Shown: positions 49,516 through 59,531, counted from the first letter of the stretch. The stretch: 64,000 nucleotides of DNA from Candidatus Latescibacterota bacterium (GCA_965261395.1 OZ253462.1:3456001-3520000); one strand, 5' to 3'. Numbers and translations: made by a program. The notes: generated from the sequence alone by a model not told the origin.

Positions 49516-50826
49516 TCAATCCGCGGTCAGCCGGGGAAATTCGAGGATGTAATACGGATAGGTTGCCATGATGTACAGGGTTCCATCTGGCCCTATTGCC
49601 GAGCCCTGGATCGAGCCCAGGCCGTTGTGCAAATCCCGGTGTGCGGCAAACTCCGCATCGACGACATAGCCGAGGCATTCGCCTTGGCCTCGGTGCGGAT
49701 CGTAGCGCATAATCAGGGTCTGCTTCGGGTTTTGGCCCACATCCGCGGTCCAGTAGATCCGGCCCTTGGCGTCCTGTATCATGGTGTGGATATCGCTGCT
49801 CTCGGCAAAGGGCTCGGGGACTGAATTGCAGACATAGCGCATGGGCACGATTCCGCTGTCGGCACCGGCTAGGTCGAATTCCTGAATTTGCCTGAGGTCG
49901 CCTCCGTAGAGTTTCATGCCGCGGCGGTTGAAATCGGCCCCGAGCTTGCTGCCGCCGCCGCCAATTACACAGGCGTACGGTTTTTCGTAGGGCGGCGCGC
50001 CTGCGGGGACGCGCACTTTGTACTCAACGAGTTCGTCTCTTTCCACGTCGTAGCGGGTCATTCTGCCGCGATTGGGTATCCACACATCGCCCCGGTCGTC
50101 CATGTCGATGTAGCGGCTCCAGGTGCCCACCCGCCCTTTGTCGATCACTTGGTGCGTGTCCAGCTCGTAGATGAGAAAGTGCATGCGCGGTTCGGTTTTG
50201 AAATAGATGCGGCGGCGCTCGTGGTCGACAATGCCGTTCATCAGACCGTCCTGGGCGCGCAGAATACCAAGGTCCTGGGCTAGGCCTGTGCGCGGATCAT
50301 AGGCGATTAAATGACCGCCGGGATAACCGCCAGCCTGTTCGCCGATTTCGGGTCTGGTGGCAAATAGTTCGTGTCCTTGCTTGGTGCCGCCGTATATGCG
50401 GCCGTCGGGGCCGATGGCCAGCTGCGTGTGCGTCTTGCCCTGGGTATTGATGTCGTACAGGTTTTCGGCGATGGTCCGGCTCAGGGCGACTACTCTCTCG
50501 ATGCTGCGGTCTCGGGGGTCATAGGCTAGCCAGTCGCCGTAATCGTAGTAGTTGGCCGTGCCTAGGTAGACCTTGCCGTCGGGTCCTGCCACGCAAGCGG
50601 TGTACCCCGATTTGTTGTTGGCGTATTCATCGGGCACCGGGGTGGCCCAGCAGAACAGCGGCTCGAGGTCGGCCACTTCGGGCTGTTGCAGGGCGGCGGG
50701 CACTGGTCCCGTGGGCTCTGGGGCCGTGCGGCAGAAGGCAGGGCCCGCTAGCAACAGGCTTAGGGCCGTCAGGGCGGTATGCCCCCACGCGGGGAGTACC
50801 CAAAGCCATGCGGCCCGATTTTTCAT
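49516..50826 (-). CDS. Secreted beta-propeller-like hypothetical protein
   Basis: Repeated 'GPDGKVYLG', 'GPDGRIYGG' and 'GPDGTLY' blades; 'QGKTHT'; N-terminal signal-like segment. Confidence 0.7.
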   Translation of the reverse strand: MKNRAAWLWVLPAWGHTALTALSLLLAGPAFCRTAPEPTGPVPAALQQPEVADLEPLFCWATPVPDEYANNKSGYTACVAGPDGKVYLGTANYYDYGDWLAYDPRDRSIERVVALSRTIAENLYDINTQGKTHTQLAIGPDGRIYGGTKQGHELFATRPEIGEQAGGYPGGHLIAYDPRTGLAQDLGILRAQDGLMNGIVDHERRRIYFKTEPRMHFLIYELDTHQVIDKGRVGTWSRYIDMDDRGDVWIPNRGRMTRYDVERDELVEYKVRVPAGAPPYEKPYACVIGGGGSKLGADFNRRGMKLYGGDLRQIQEFDLAGADSGIVPMRYVCNSVPEPFAESSDIHTMIQDAKGRIYWTADVGQNPKQTLIMRYDPHRGQGECLGYVVDAEFAAHRDLHNGLGSIQGSAIGPDGTLYIMATYPYYILEFPRLTAD

Positions 50827-50830
50827 GGAC

Positions 50831-52018
50831 TTATTCTCTGCCGGGCGGATCGCCGAGGTCGGGTATTGGGAGGAGGGCACCTCCCTGGAGGGCGGACTCG
50901 TGGGCGACGAGGCCGGGGAGCATGTAGCGGGCTGCGTCCCAGGCGTTGTTGGGTGGAAGCTGGCCGCTGGCGCAGGCGGTGACGAAGTCGTGGACGAGGA
51001 ACTGATGCGCGCCCGCGTGGCCATTGGGCAGGCCGGCGAACTCGCGCGGCAGGCGCTCGACCGGGTGAACGGCCGATGCGCCGAGGTGGGTGCCGTCGGC
51101 CGCGGTGACTTTATCCATGGGATCGTCGGCTTGGAGCGGCTGGCCGGTGCAGGCTAGGAGCTGATCTAGGTTTTCTTGTTGGGCGTGGTCCTTGGTCAGC
51201 CAACGGGCACCGCTGGCGGATTGCTCGAAGCAGCCTTCGGTACCTTGGAGGATCATCTGCACGCAGCCGGGGTGGCCGATGCGGCGGAATTCGTTGATGC
51301 GGCAGGCGCTGCCGTCGGACATCTTGTACAGGGCGCTCTGGTTGCTGAAGGGGTTTTGCCAGTCGTTGTGCGGGTAGATGCCGTCGGCGTGTTCGTCGCG
51401 GAAGCCTTGGCAGGAGACATGCGTCATATAGGCACCCGTAACGGAGATAATCTGACTCGTCGAATGGGTCGGGTAGTACATCGGCGGAATGCCAGCACTC
51501 GCCCGCCAATTTTCTCCGCCGCGCCAGCGCGCCACATCGTAGAGGCCGTGATCCCAGTCGTGGTAGTACTCGGCTTGGCCATAGACGATCTGGCCAAAAG
51601 CGCCACGGGCGTGCTGCTGGCGGCAGTAGAGCACGCCGGGATAGTAATAGCTGGTCTCGCCCAGCATGTACACCTTGCTACTGCGCGCGGCGGCTGCGAC
51701 CAAGTTTTCTATTTCCGCATAGCTGATGCCGGGGGGCACGGCTGAGTACACGTGTTTGCCGGCCTCTAGGGCTTGGACGGCTTGGGGGCCGTGGAGCCAG
51801 TTTTGGGTGAAGAGGCAAACGGCGTCTATGGACGAGTCGCAGAGCGCGTCGAGCGAGGGGCTTAGGTCGGTTATCGCGTGTTTGGCGGCGTTGCGTGCCA
51901 ACTTCTCGCCGTCCAAATCGCAGAGGACGACTTGGCCGACGAGGGGATGTGCTTTGAAGAGGGGAATAAAGCTCTGGGCGAAAGAGCCCGTGCCGACGAT
52001 GCCGATGCGTAAACTCAT
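50831..52018 (-). CDS. Gfo/Idh/MocA oxidoreductase
   Basis: 'IGIVGTGSF', 'GKHVYSAVP', 'YMLGETSYY', 'PPMYYPTHS'. Confidence 0.9.
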   Translation of the reverse strand: MSLRIGIVGTGSFAQSFIPLFKAHPLVGQVVLCDLDGEKLARNAAKHAITDLSPSLDALCDSSIDAVCLFTQNWLHGPQAVQALEAGKHVYSAVPPGISYAEIENLVAAAARSSKVYMLGETSYYYPGVLYCRQQHARGAFGQIVYGQAEYYHDWDHGLYDVARWRGGENWRASAGIPPMYYPTHSTSQIISVTGAYMTHVSCQGFRDEHADGIYPHNDWQNPFSNQSALYKMSDGSACRINEFRRIGHPGCVQMILQGTEGCFEQSASGARWLTKDHAQQENLDQLLACTGQPLQADDPMDKVTAADGTHLGASAVHPVERLPREFAGLPNGHAGAHQFLVHDFVTACASGQLPPNNAWDAARYMLPGLVAHESALQGGALLPIPDLGDPPGRE

Positions 52019-52161
52019 GGGAGGCAAGGTATGGCGGGTGGATAGGTGGCGCAATAGGACGTTTAAGCGGTGGATGCGTTGAAATCTGTTGATTTGGCGT
52101 TGGCAAGGCCGTGCGCTATTTTGCAGCCGACCTATCCACTCTCTTGCCCGGCTAAAATCCC

Positions 52162-52989
52162 ATGTCCAGTCCCATTGCAGCAGGCCGGCCGTACTCGCCG
52201 GAAAAAACCCAGCGCATCATCGAGCAATTCAACCGCGACGGCTACTATCACTTGGGGTCCGTCCTCGCAGCCGACGAGGTCGAGGCCCTGCGCGAGGCCA
52301 TGGCGCGCAAAGTCGCCGATCCTCGCATCCTCAACGACCAAGCCGGCGACCACATCCGCGGCATCAGTCTCATGCGGATGTTTGAATACAGCGAGGCATT
52401 CCGCGACTTGGTCGTCCGCGAGCCATTTGCCAGCTTGGCCGAAGCCATTCTGGGCGACAACTGCCACCTCATGTCGCAAAACGCCCTGTACACCGAACCC
52501 GACTCTAGCAAAGTGCCCGACGGCCCCGGCGGCTGGCACCTCGATGACTTGATCCACTTTCCCCTGCCCGATGCGGTGGAACAGCACGACCCGCGCATCA
52601 CCATGCCCTGCTTTGTGCTGCAAATTTTCACCCCGGTCAGCGATGTAGAAAGCATTGAATACGGCCCCACGCAGGTCGTTCCCGGCAGCCATCGCGCCGG
52701 TCGTCGCCCCGCCTCCCAAGACGCGCCCACCTTTTGCGAGACTGGACCGGTTTCCTTGTTTGCCCGGGCTGGCGACGCTTATATGTTCAACAACCAGATC
52801 TGGCACCGGGGTGCCCCCAATGCCTCGGATCGCACGCGCTTCATGGCCGGAGCCACGTACAGCAAGCGCTTTATCTCCCAGCGTTTCTATCCCTTTATCG
52901 ACTACCGCATGCCGCCACACGTGCTGGAGGGCACCTCGCCCCGCCTGCAGCGCTTGCTCGGCCGCCACGAGAAAGGCTCCTACGGCTGA
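52162..52989 (+). CDS. Phytanoyl-CoA dioxygenase family protein
   Basis: 'FNRDGY', 'GWHLDD', 'GPTQVVPGSH', 'IWHRGAPN'. Confidence 0.9.
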   Translation: MSSPIAAGRPYSPEKTQRIIEQFNRDGYYHLGSVLAADEVEALREAMARKVADPRILNDQAGDHIRGISLMRMFEYSEAFRDLVVREPFASLAEAILGDNCHLMSQNALYTEPDSSKVPDGPGGWHLDDLIHFPLPDAVEQHDPRITMPCFVLQIFTPVSDVESIEYGPTQVVPGSHRAGRRPASQDAPTFCETGPVSLFARAGDAYMFNNQIWHRGAPNASDRTRFMAGATYSKRFISQRFYPFIDYRMPPHVLEGTSPRLQRLLGRHEKGSYG

Positions 52990-53087
52990 GGTCAGATTCC
53001 GCCCGCTCTCTGGCCACCTACCGCAGCACAACTGGGGAGACGAAGGAAGCCAGTCCATCGCCTACTCACCGGAACAAGGACTTCACC

Positions 53088-54083
53088 ATGAAATTTGGCA
53101 TCATCGGCTGCGGCTCCATAGCCGAGCACTCGTTTGGGCCGAGCCTGCTGGCTTCGGAACGGACCGACCTCGTCGCCGTCTGCCGTCGCGACCTCGAGGC
53201 AGCCAAGGCATTCGCGGCGCGATTCAGTGGCCCGCGCGCGTACGGCTCGGCGGCGGAGCTGGTGCGTGACGACCGGGTGGAGGCTGTCATCGTGTCGACG
53301 CCGGCCGATACCCATTGCGACTACACCTGCCTAGCGGCGGAGCACGGAAAGCACGTACTATGCGAGAAGCCGATGGCGAGAAACGCCGCCGAGTGTCGCG
53401 AAATGATCGCCACGTGCCGGGCTCACGGCGTGACCCTGGCGGTCGCCTACCGTCGGCGCACCTGTCCGCAAGTGGTCGCGGCCAAGCGGTTGATCGCCGC
53501 GGGCCGCATCGGCCGGGTCGTTTTCGCGCGTACCCATTACAGCGGGCGCTGGGATCCGGAAGCGGGGGATTGGCGGATCGAACCGGGCATCGGCGGCGCC
53601 CTGATGGAAATGGCGTCTCATCGCATCGAAGTGCTGTTGAACTTCGGCGGCCGGCCGCAGTCGGTGAGCGCTGTGGTCGACACGGTCGGTCACGACTGGC
53701 CCGTCGATGACACCAACGCCCTGATCGTGCGCTTCGAGGGTGGCGGGATCGGCATGCACTCGACGATCCTGACCTCGCCACCGCGTCGCGACTTTGCCCA
53801 GATCGACGGCGATGGCGGCAGGATACTGATTGACCCGCTGGAGTTGACAGCGGATCACCTGATTCTGGAGCTGCCCGATGGAACTGAGAGGATTGAGGTG
53901 GAGCCGCTGCAGGAGAAGCTATTCGATCTGCCGATGATCGAGGATTTCGCCGCCGCCGCAGAGCGCGGTGAAAAACCGGTCTGTGACGCGGAGAGCGGCT
54001 ACTGGGTGCAGGCGGTCGCCGACGCCGCCCGCGCCTCATCGAGTTCCGGTGTCGCGGTCGCCGTCGAACCGCTGGGCTCTTGA
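53088..54083 (+). CDS. Gfo/Idh/MocA oxidoreductase
   Basis: 'FGIIGCGSIA', 'GKHVLCEKPM', 'GGALMEMASH'. Confidence 0.93.
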   Translation: MKFGIIGCGSIAEHSFGPSLLASERTDLVAVCRRDLEAAKAFAARFSGPRAYGSAAELVRDDRVEAVIVSTPADTHCDYTCLAAEHGKHVLCEKPMARNAAECREMIATCRAHGVTLAVAYRRRTCPQVVAAKRLIAAGRIGRVVFARTHYSGRWDPEAGDWRIEPGIGGALMEMASHRIEVLLNFGGRPQSVSAVVDTVGHDWPVDDTNALIVRFEGGGIGMHSTILTSPPRRDFAQIDGDGGRILIDPLELTADHLILELPDGTERIEVEPLQEKLFDLPMIEDFAAAAERGEKPVCDAESGYWVQAVADAARASSSSGVAVAVEPLGS

Positions 54084-54145
54084 GGGTGCCTCGCCCCGTT
54101 TGCAGCGCTTGCTCGGCCGCCACGAGAAAGGTGCCTACGGCTGAG
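54082..54145 (+). repeat. 64-bp direct repeat of the PhyH gene 3' end (52927-52990)
   Basis: 58 of 64 nt identical; EGASPRLQRLLGRHEKGAYG* versus EGTSPRLQRLLGRHEKGSYG*. Confidence 0.93.
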
Positions 54146-54151
54146 TGCGGG

Positions 54152-55255
54152 TTATTGGGTGGCGCGCACTTCGTCGGACCAATCCCGCCAGATGTCGCCG
54201 TTGGTGTTGTCCACTACTAGTGGATCGGGGAGGGATGCCGGCGTTTTGAGGAAACCGTAGATGGTCGCTTGGCGGATGACGTCGGCAGATAGATTTTGTC
54301 CGGCGATGTGCAAAATTTTGGTGTGCCACAAGACCACGGTGCCGGCGGGGCCGTGGCAATCGACGGGCTGGGTATCGACCTTGATGCGTTGGATGGCGGG
54401 GTCGTTGTAGCCGCCGACTTTGCGTTCCGCCAAGTGTTTGTCGGTATGCTTTTCGCCTTCTAGGAAAGCTTGCCACTGCTCGCGCCAGATTCGGCTGTGG
54501 CTGCCCGGCCACACTGTGAAGCCGCCGGAGTTGGGCGGTAGGTCGTCGGTGTAAGCCGACATTTGCAGCCGCCAGCGGCCGTAGCAGGCACCGTCGGAGT
54601 GGGCACCTCGGTAGTCGGGGCCAGGAGACGGGCTGTTGGGCAGGGTGCAATACAAGCCGCGCGTCCCCTGTCCGTTGAGCCATATCGGGCCGGTCTTGGG
54701 CAGGCGCAGTGCTTCCTCAGTGGTGAAGGACCCCTTCTCTGGCCACTTCTCGATCTCTTTGCCCAAGTGGCTGGCCAGCCCTCCCACCGCGTCGTCGCAC
54801 ATAAAGCACGGACCCGTCGTGATGCCAGCGTCATCCTCTCCAGCGGGCCACACCACCGTGCCCTCGCCAAGCAATTGCTCGGCGACTTGCCACAAGGCCC
54901 GAGGGGCCAAGTCGAGCATGAATTGTTCGGCACCGTTGCGGACATAGAAGCGGTGGCTGTTGCCGGCGAAATAGGGGTCGCCGCCGATATCGGGACGCTG
55001 TGCGTTTAGCGCGGTGCTTTCTTCCTCGGTAAGCGGGTCCCAGGTGGAGGGATCGTCCCGTTTTATGCGGGGCAGGTGGGTTGCAATCGCGGCCCACATT
55101 TCGTCCCTGGCCTGGCGGCAGAGGTCGGGGTCGAGCACGGCGGGGAGCACGAGGAAGCCGTCGCGCTTGAACTGGGCTATCTGGCTCGCGGTCAGGAGCG
55201 GGACTTGCTGCACGCTTGGGGTGGTTGGCGTTGGTTGCATATCAGGATTCACCAT
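54152..55255 (-). CDS. Phytanoyl-CoA dioxygenase family protein
   Basis: 'LTASQIAQFKRDGFLVL', 'AHSD', 'GGFTVWPGSH', 'VVLWHTKILH'. Confidence 0.85.
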   Translation of the reverse strand: MVNPDMQPTPTTPSVQQVPLLTASQIAQFKRDGFLVLPAVLDPDLCRQARDEMWAAIATHLPRIKRDDPSTWDPLTEEESTALNAQRPDIGGDPYFAGNSHRFYVRNGAEQFMLDLAPRALWQVAEQLLGEGTVVWPAGEDDAGITTGPCFMCDDAVGGLASHLGKEIEKWPEKGSFTTEEALRLPKTGPIWLNGQGTRGLYCTLPNSPSPGPDYRGAHSDGACYGRWRLQMSAYTDDLPPNSGGFTVWPGSHSRIWREQWQAFLEGEKHTDKHLAERKVGGYNDPAIQRIKVDTQPVDCHGPAGTVVLWHTKILHIAGQNLSADVIRQATIYGFLKTPASLPDPLVVDNTNGDIWRDWSDEVRATQ

Positions 55256-55547
55256 GTTCCCTTGTTTTCAGATATGAAAATAAGAATGGGCTTAATTATC
55301 GTTCATGCTGGAATGCGCTAATAGCATAATAGGAATGGACGAATGAGGAAAGCTAAGAATGCCGACAAGAAAGGCGGTGTTATGACAGGCCCCGCTCTGG
55401 GAGAAATTCCGGAGCGGGAGCCTTAGTGTGCCTGCTGGCACAGCCGCCGATACCAAGTTATAGATGGGAGGTGTTTGAGGGGCTCCGGTTTGCCGATGAG
55501 AATTCAGCTACCGAAATACACCCTGATGCGAGGTGTATTCAGTATCA

Positions 55548-56495
55548 TCATTCTGAATCCTTGTCGTCCCTCCATGGTACCGGCAGACCAAGTTCGGTGA
55601 GCTTCACTTCCAATTCTTCCCTTTCTCTGTTTCGCTTCTGTCCCTTCTTATTCGGCGAGAGCCAGCCATTTTTGATCGCAAATCGGTTCGCTTCGTCTAG
55701 GTCGCCTTGTAATATTTGCTCAATTATCTCTTTATCGAGCCGTGTCAGGAACAGGGCATTGAGACGGTAATCAACGAATGCCTCCCAAGCGATCGGACAC
55801 CATCGAGCTACGATTTCATTCCCAATGATGTTCGCGTAGCCACGGATTTCTGTTTGTGCATGCGAATCCATTCTTAACGACAAGAAATGAAACAGATTAT
55901 GCAAATCTATCTTCCAGTACGCCTCTGTGTACGTCGAAAGAGGCAAGTCCTTTCGCGCTTGTTCTCGTGCAACACCCTTTTGAAGCCGTTCTTTGTATAC
56001 CTCTCTAGCTGCTCGTTGCAACTCATTTTCACGCTGAGTTAGATACTCACCTGTTTGACTGTCAAGGAAATCACCACTGCCCTGGCGATTCGTAGCACCC
56101 TGCTCACGCCATTGGTCACTCGATGTCTGTTGCGCGGCGTCGATTGCCTCAGAGTAACGCGTTGAGTACTCGTTCACGTTTGCAGTCCGGTGACGAATCC
56201 ATTGACGCCAACAATCCATGGGAACTCGGACATGAAGTTTAATCTCGCACATCTCAAATGGTGTAGTATGTCGATGACGCATTAAGTATCTGATGAGACC
56301 TCGGTCTTCATGAATCTTTTTCGTACCCTTTCCGTATGAGACACGGGCAGCTTGTACGATCGATTCGTCGGTTCCCATATAGTCGATAGCGCGAACAAAA
56401 CCATCGTCGAGAACTTTATATGGATTGCCGAGGATTTTATCTAGTTGAGCGGCATGAGGACGATGCGTCTTTTCAGCAGAATTTTCCATATTCAT
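55548..56495 (-). CDS. thyX: FAD-dependent thymidylate synthase
   Basis: 'QAARVSY', 'HTTPFE', 'RQWIRHRTANVNEYSTRY' (RHRx7SxR), 'REQAR', 'LR...HAQTEIR'; start overlaps the upstream stop (TAATG). Confidence 0.96.
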   Translation of the reverse strand: MNMENSAEKTHRPHAAQLDKILGNPYKVLDDGFVRAIDYMGTDESIVQAARVSYGKGTKKIHEDRGLIRYLMRHRHTTPFEMCEIKLHVRVPMDCWRQWIRHRTANVNEYSTRYSEAIDAAQQTSSDQWREQGATNRQGSGDFLDSQTGEYLTQRENELQRAAREVYKERLQKGVAREQARKDLPLSTYTEAYWKIDLHNLFHFLSLRMDSHAQTEIRGYANIIGNEIVARWCPIAWEAFVDYRLNALFLTRLDKEIIEQILQGDLDEANRFAIKNGWLSPNKKGQKRNREREELEVKLTELGLPVPWRDDKDSE

Positions 56496-57463
56496 TATCC
56501 TCGCGGCAACTCCACCGTGTATTTCCAAATACGGGCTATGCCTCTGCTCGTGTTTTGGCTGTATCGTTCCTCAAATGGAAAAATGATGCTTGTTGCTGTA
56601 TTTCGGCGCTCTGTTACGTAATATAGAGCAAACCCAAGAACGTGTGCTTTCGTGGACAGTGGGCACAGATATAGATTAGTAATCCCTCTGCGAACGTTCC
56701 AATCATTGACCATACGACGCACTTCGCTAGCAGCAACGAAAGGGTCGTTTGCCGGTGCAAAAAAGGTACGAACCTCATCGTCAACTGTACCACCTAGAGA
56801 CTCTTCGGCCCTTCGTACACGAAGAACGTTCTCCTGATACATATCTGCACGCAACGACGGAAATCCAATCAATTGAAATTTCGTAGCCTTTGCTTTACTC
56901 TCCGCTACATGTGAGATCAGATTGTCTTCGTAGCCAGCACCAATTATTAATACATCTTTCCCGATATCATTTGTGTGGATTCCTTCGTAGCCTAAGACCT
57001 GTCGAACTTCCTTGACGACATCGCTAGAGAATTCGGTAAGTTCTCGCTTCTGGTATTGTATCGGTTCCGAATAAATGGCGTCGAATCTGGTGACACCCTT
57101 CTCTAACAGCCAAATCACAAGATATATAAGGTACGGTCGAATAAATCCTGAGATGTCGATACATATGCGTAAGTTCTGTGAGTCAGTCGGCAGAGTGTTC
57201 CAGAAATGAGCAATAAAAGTTGCTTCGTCGTCCGCAGCCTCATCGTACACTTTACCGCAAGGATATTCCGCAGTGGTGTAGCCGTACTCGGGAAAGATTA
57301 ACCAGTATTTATGCGTCGCGTTGACTTTATTGAATACGCATTTTGTTCGTTCGGCTGGTACGTAGGCTGAAATAAAGAGATCCCAGTTTTCCTGTGAACT
57401 CCACTCTCCAGAAACCGATAACTGACGTTTGTAAAAAATCGTGTAATCAGGATAGTTAGTCAT
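56495..57463 (-). CDS. Uncharacterised alpha/beta protein, possibly tandem divergent CARF-like domains
   Basis: 'ICIDISGFIR' fits D/N-x-S/T-xxx-R/K; second half has 'LIIGAGYE' and 'NLYLCPLSTK'; translationally coupled on both sides. Confidence 0.55.
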   Translation of the reverse strand: MTNYPDYTIFYKRQLSVSGEWSSQENWDLFISAYVPAERTKCVFNKVNATHKYWLIFPEYGYTTAEYPCGKVYDEAADDEATFIAHFWNTLPTDSQNLRICIDISGFIRPYLIYLVIWLLEKGVTRFDAIYSEPIQYQKRELTEFSSDVVKEVRQVLGYEGIHTNDIGKDVLIIGAGYEDNLISHVAESKAKATKFQLIGFPSLRADMYQENVLRVRRAEESLGGTVDDEVRTFFAPANDPFVAASEVRRMVNDWNVRRGITNLYLCPLSTKAHVLGFALYYVTERRNTATSIIFPFEERYSQNTSRGIARIWKYTVELPRG

Positions 57464-59528
57464 CTTCCACTCCGAACAGCGTTCCCTGATTCTTACTCAC
57501 ATCATACTTTGTTTCTGGTCTTGTCCCAAAGAACGGTGCAGTCATTCTATCAATACGGGTTTTGAGTATCTGATCGAATTCGCTCGTGAAGGCTGGATCG
57601 AAGATGGCATTGAGTTCATCACCTGAAATGGCGAGCGTACCCCTGCGTATGAACGAAATGTCCCACCTTGGTGCAAGTATCCTGTTCATTTGGAATTTCA
57701 TATCTACACGCTCAGAGTTTCGGTCACGCTGTCCACCTACATTGACAAGCAACGACCATTTCTCGGCTAGGTCAATCAAACGCTGGGTATCGGCACTAAC
57801 AGATGCTTGTTCATAGCTGAAAGTAGATAAAGAGCATTCTGATGGTTTGTGCGAGTAGCGAATGCTGCGGAACAATGTACCTAATCGGTTGATTGCCTCC
57901 TGCACCAAATTTCCGTCCTTACCCTCCTTTATACGTGCATCACGAAAGAACCATTCTGCGGTTTCCCTAGCCCCCTCAGCTTGAGCTAAAACAGAAATTG
58001 GCTTTTCACCAAATGGATGTTCATCCTTAAACGCAGCCCACGCCATGACATGTTTAAGAAGGATCAGCAAGTGCCTTGGGTTTCCCCATGATAGCTCTAT
58101 GAAGGTATCGAAGCCAGCATATTGCTGTTTTCGGCGGCATTCACGTCGAAGTTGTGCGAGAAGATCATACTTCCAGTGAAGCAGCTTGCCATGATACTTC
58201 GTTCCTGTGTTTTCCTCTCTCAGATAAGTCTGGCAGTCAATGTGAATATTTTCGGCAGACTTTAAGAGATTACGGCGTGAACTCCATTGTTGATACAAGA
58301 TGAAACAATTAAGTTTTTCTAACAAAGGAAACTTCGGACATGACAGAAGGTCAACAACAGAGTCGATGTCACAGGAAGAAGTGATCCCTAGGGTTACCTT
58401 GGCCTTTAGTCCTTGCCGCATCACGTTCCGAAGTTTTTTGAAGTAGGGCCGTTCTCTATCGGAATATTTCTCAATTATAAACCGAGTTGAGCCCCCAGCA
58501 AGGCCATCCGTTGGATCCCTTTCAAAGGCTCTGGTCAGAAATTCGTGTGCTTCCTCATCGGTCTCCGGTGGATTGGCAAGGATGCCACGGGTATCTAAGC
58601 GACGAATAACAAGACGCCTAGCAAACGTAGCGTATTTTTCGTCATTTTCTCGTAAAGTTTTGTCGAGTATAAGTTGCTCGTACTCGGAGCCTTCTTTGTT
58701 GTTTTCATCTGCACAGAATGTTGAATAGGTCCTTATGCCGTAGAGCCGTGCACCAATCTTAAATGAGCACGGGTTCTGTTTTTCCCGGATCAACGTATTT
58801 ATAAGCTTCTGTTGGGACTCAGTCAGATTTTCAAATTCATCAACAAGGTAGACAAATAAAATGTTCTTCAGTTGTGAAAAGCGAGTCGATAGAACCTTTG
58901 GAATCCCGAAGATCAGTCTTCCGGGACTTACCCGAATTGTAATATCCAATACACCGGTAATGGCACAATTATTGACTTCAACATCGAGTTCTTTCTGCAA
59001 ATCTCGAAGATGCTGGCTAAAGTCATGAAGAGAACTCGGAAACTCACTAGCCGGCTCGTCAAACAGGTTCTCTAATTCAGCAATGATCGATGCTTCGCTA
59101 CCGTTGATATCGGCAGAGTTGCTAATAATCTCGCAGCATATATCAATAGTCATCTGTGAGAGCCAGAGTTCCATGTAGTAAGCAAAGACGTCCGCCCATG
59201 TATCTTCAGATTGTCTTTTTCCACGAAATCGAGTTGAGTTCAGGCCACTACAGCGCATATAGATTCCAATAAATCCTGCATCTCGAACACAGGCAGTCAG
59301 ATCCTCGGAATGACGCATCTTCTGCAGCGGAAACGAAAGATAGCGCATGATGTGCGTTTTCCCGCTTCCTTTACCGCCAAGAATAAGCATAGGCATTTCC
59401 AGGCGAGGTTGGATCAAATCCAGAAAGCCATCACCATAGGATAGGTCTACCCAATACTGCAATATCTGCTCATCTGTGAAATCGGCAGCTCTTGTCACGC
59501 TAAATGGGTTGTCAAGAAAATTATCCAT
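57456..59528 (-). CDS. ORC/CDC6-like (STAND-related) P-loop ATPase
   Basis: 'NPF...RA', Walker A 'GGKGSGKT', Walker B 'YLVDEFE', 'QQKLIN', 'GNPRHLL'; wHTH-like C-terminus. Confidence 0.8.
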   Translation of the reverse strand: MDNFLDNPFSVTRAADFTDEQILQYWVDLSYGDGFLDLIQPRLEMPMLILGGKGSGKTHIMRYLSFPLQKMRHSEDLTACVRDAGFIGIYMRCSGLNSTRFRGKRQSEDTWADVFAYYMELWLSQMTIDICCEIISNSADINGSEASIIAELENLFDEPASEFPSSLHDFSQHLRDLQKELDVEVNNCAITGVLDITIRVSPGRLIFGIPKVLSTRFSQLKNILFVYLVDEFENLTESQQKLINTLIREKQNPCSFKIGARLYGIRTYSTFCADENNKEGSEYEQLILDKTLRENDEKYATFARRLVIRRLDTRGILANPPETDEEAHEFLTRAFERDPTDGLAGGSTRFIIEKYSDRERPYFKKLRNVMRQGLKAKVTLGITSSCDIDSVVDLLSCPKFPLLEKLNCFILYQQWSSRRNLLKSAENIHIDCQTYLREENTGTKYHGKLLHWKYDLLAQLRRECRRKQQYAGFDTFIELSWGNPRHLLILLKHVMAWAAFKDEHPFGEKPISVLAQAEGARETAEWFFRDARIKEGKDGNLVQEAINRLGTLFRSIRYSHKPSECSLSTFSYEQASVSADTQRLIDLAEKWSLLVNVGGQRDRNSERVDMKFQMNRILAPRWDISFIRRGTLAISGDELNAIFDPAFTSEFDQILKTRIDRMTAPFFGTRPETKYDVSKNQGTLFGVEDD

Positions 59529-59531
59529 ATA

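Noticed and set aside
55388-55423. Imperfect hairpin downstream of thyX
   Set aside because: Mismatched stem with no U-tract on either side; cannot be called a terminator or att site.
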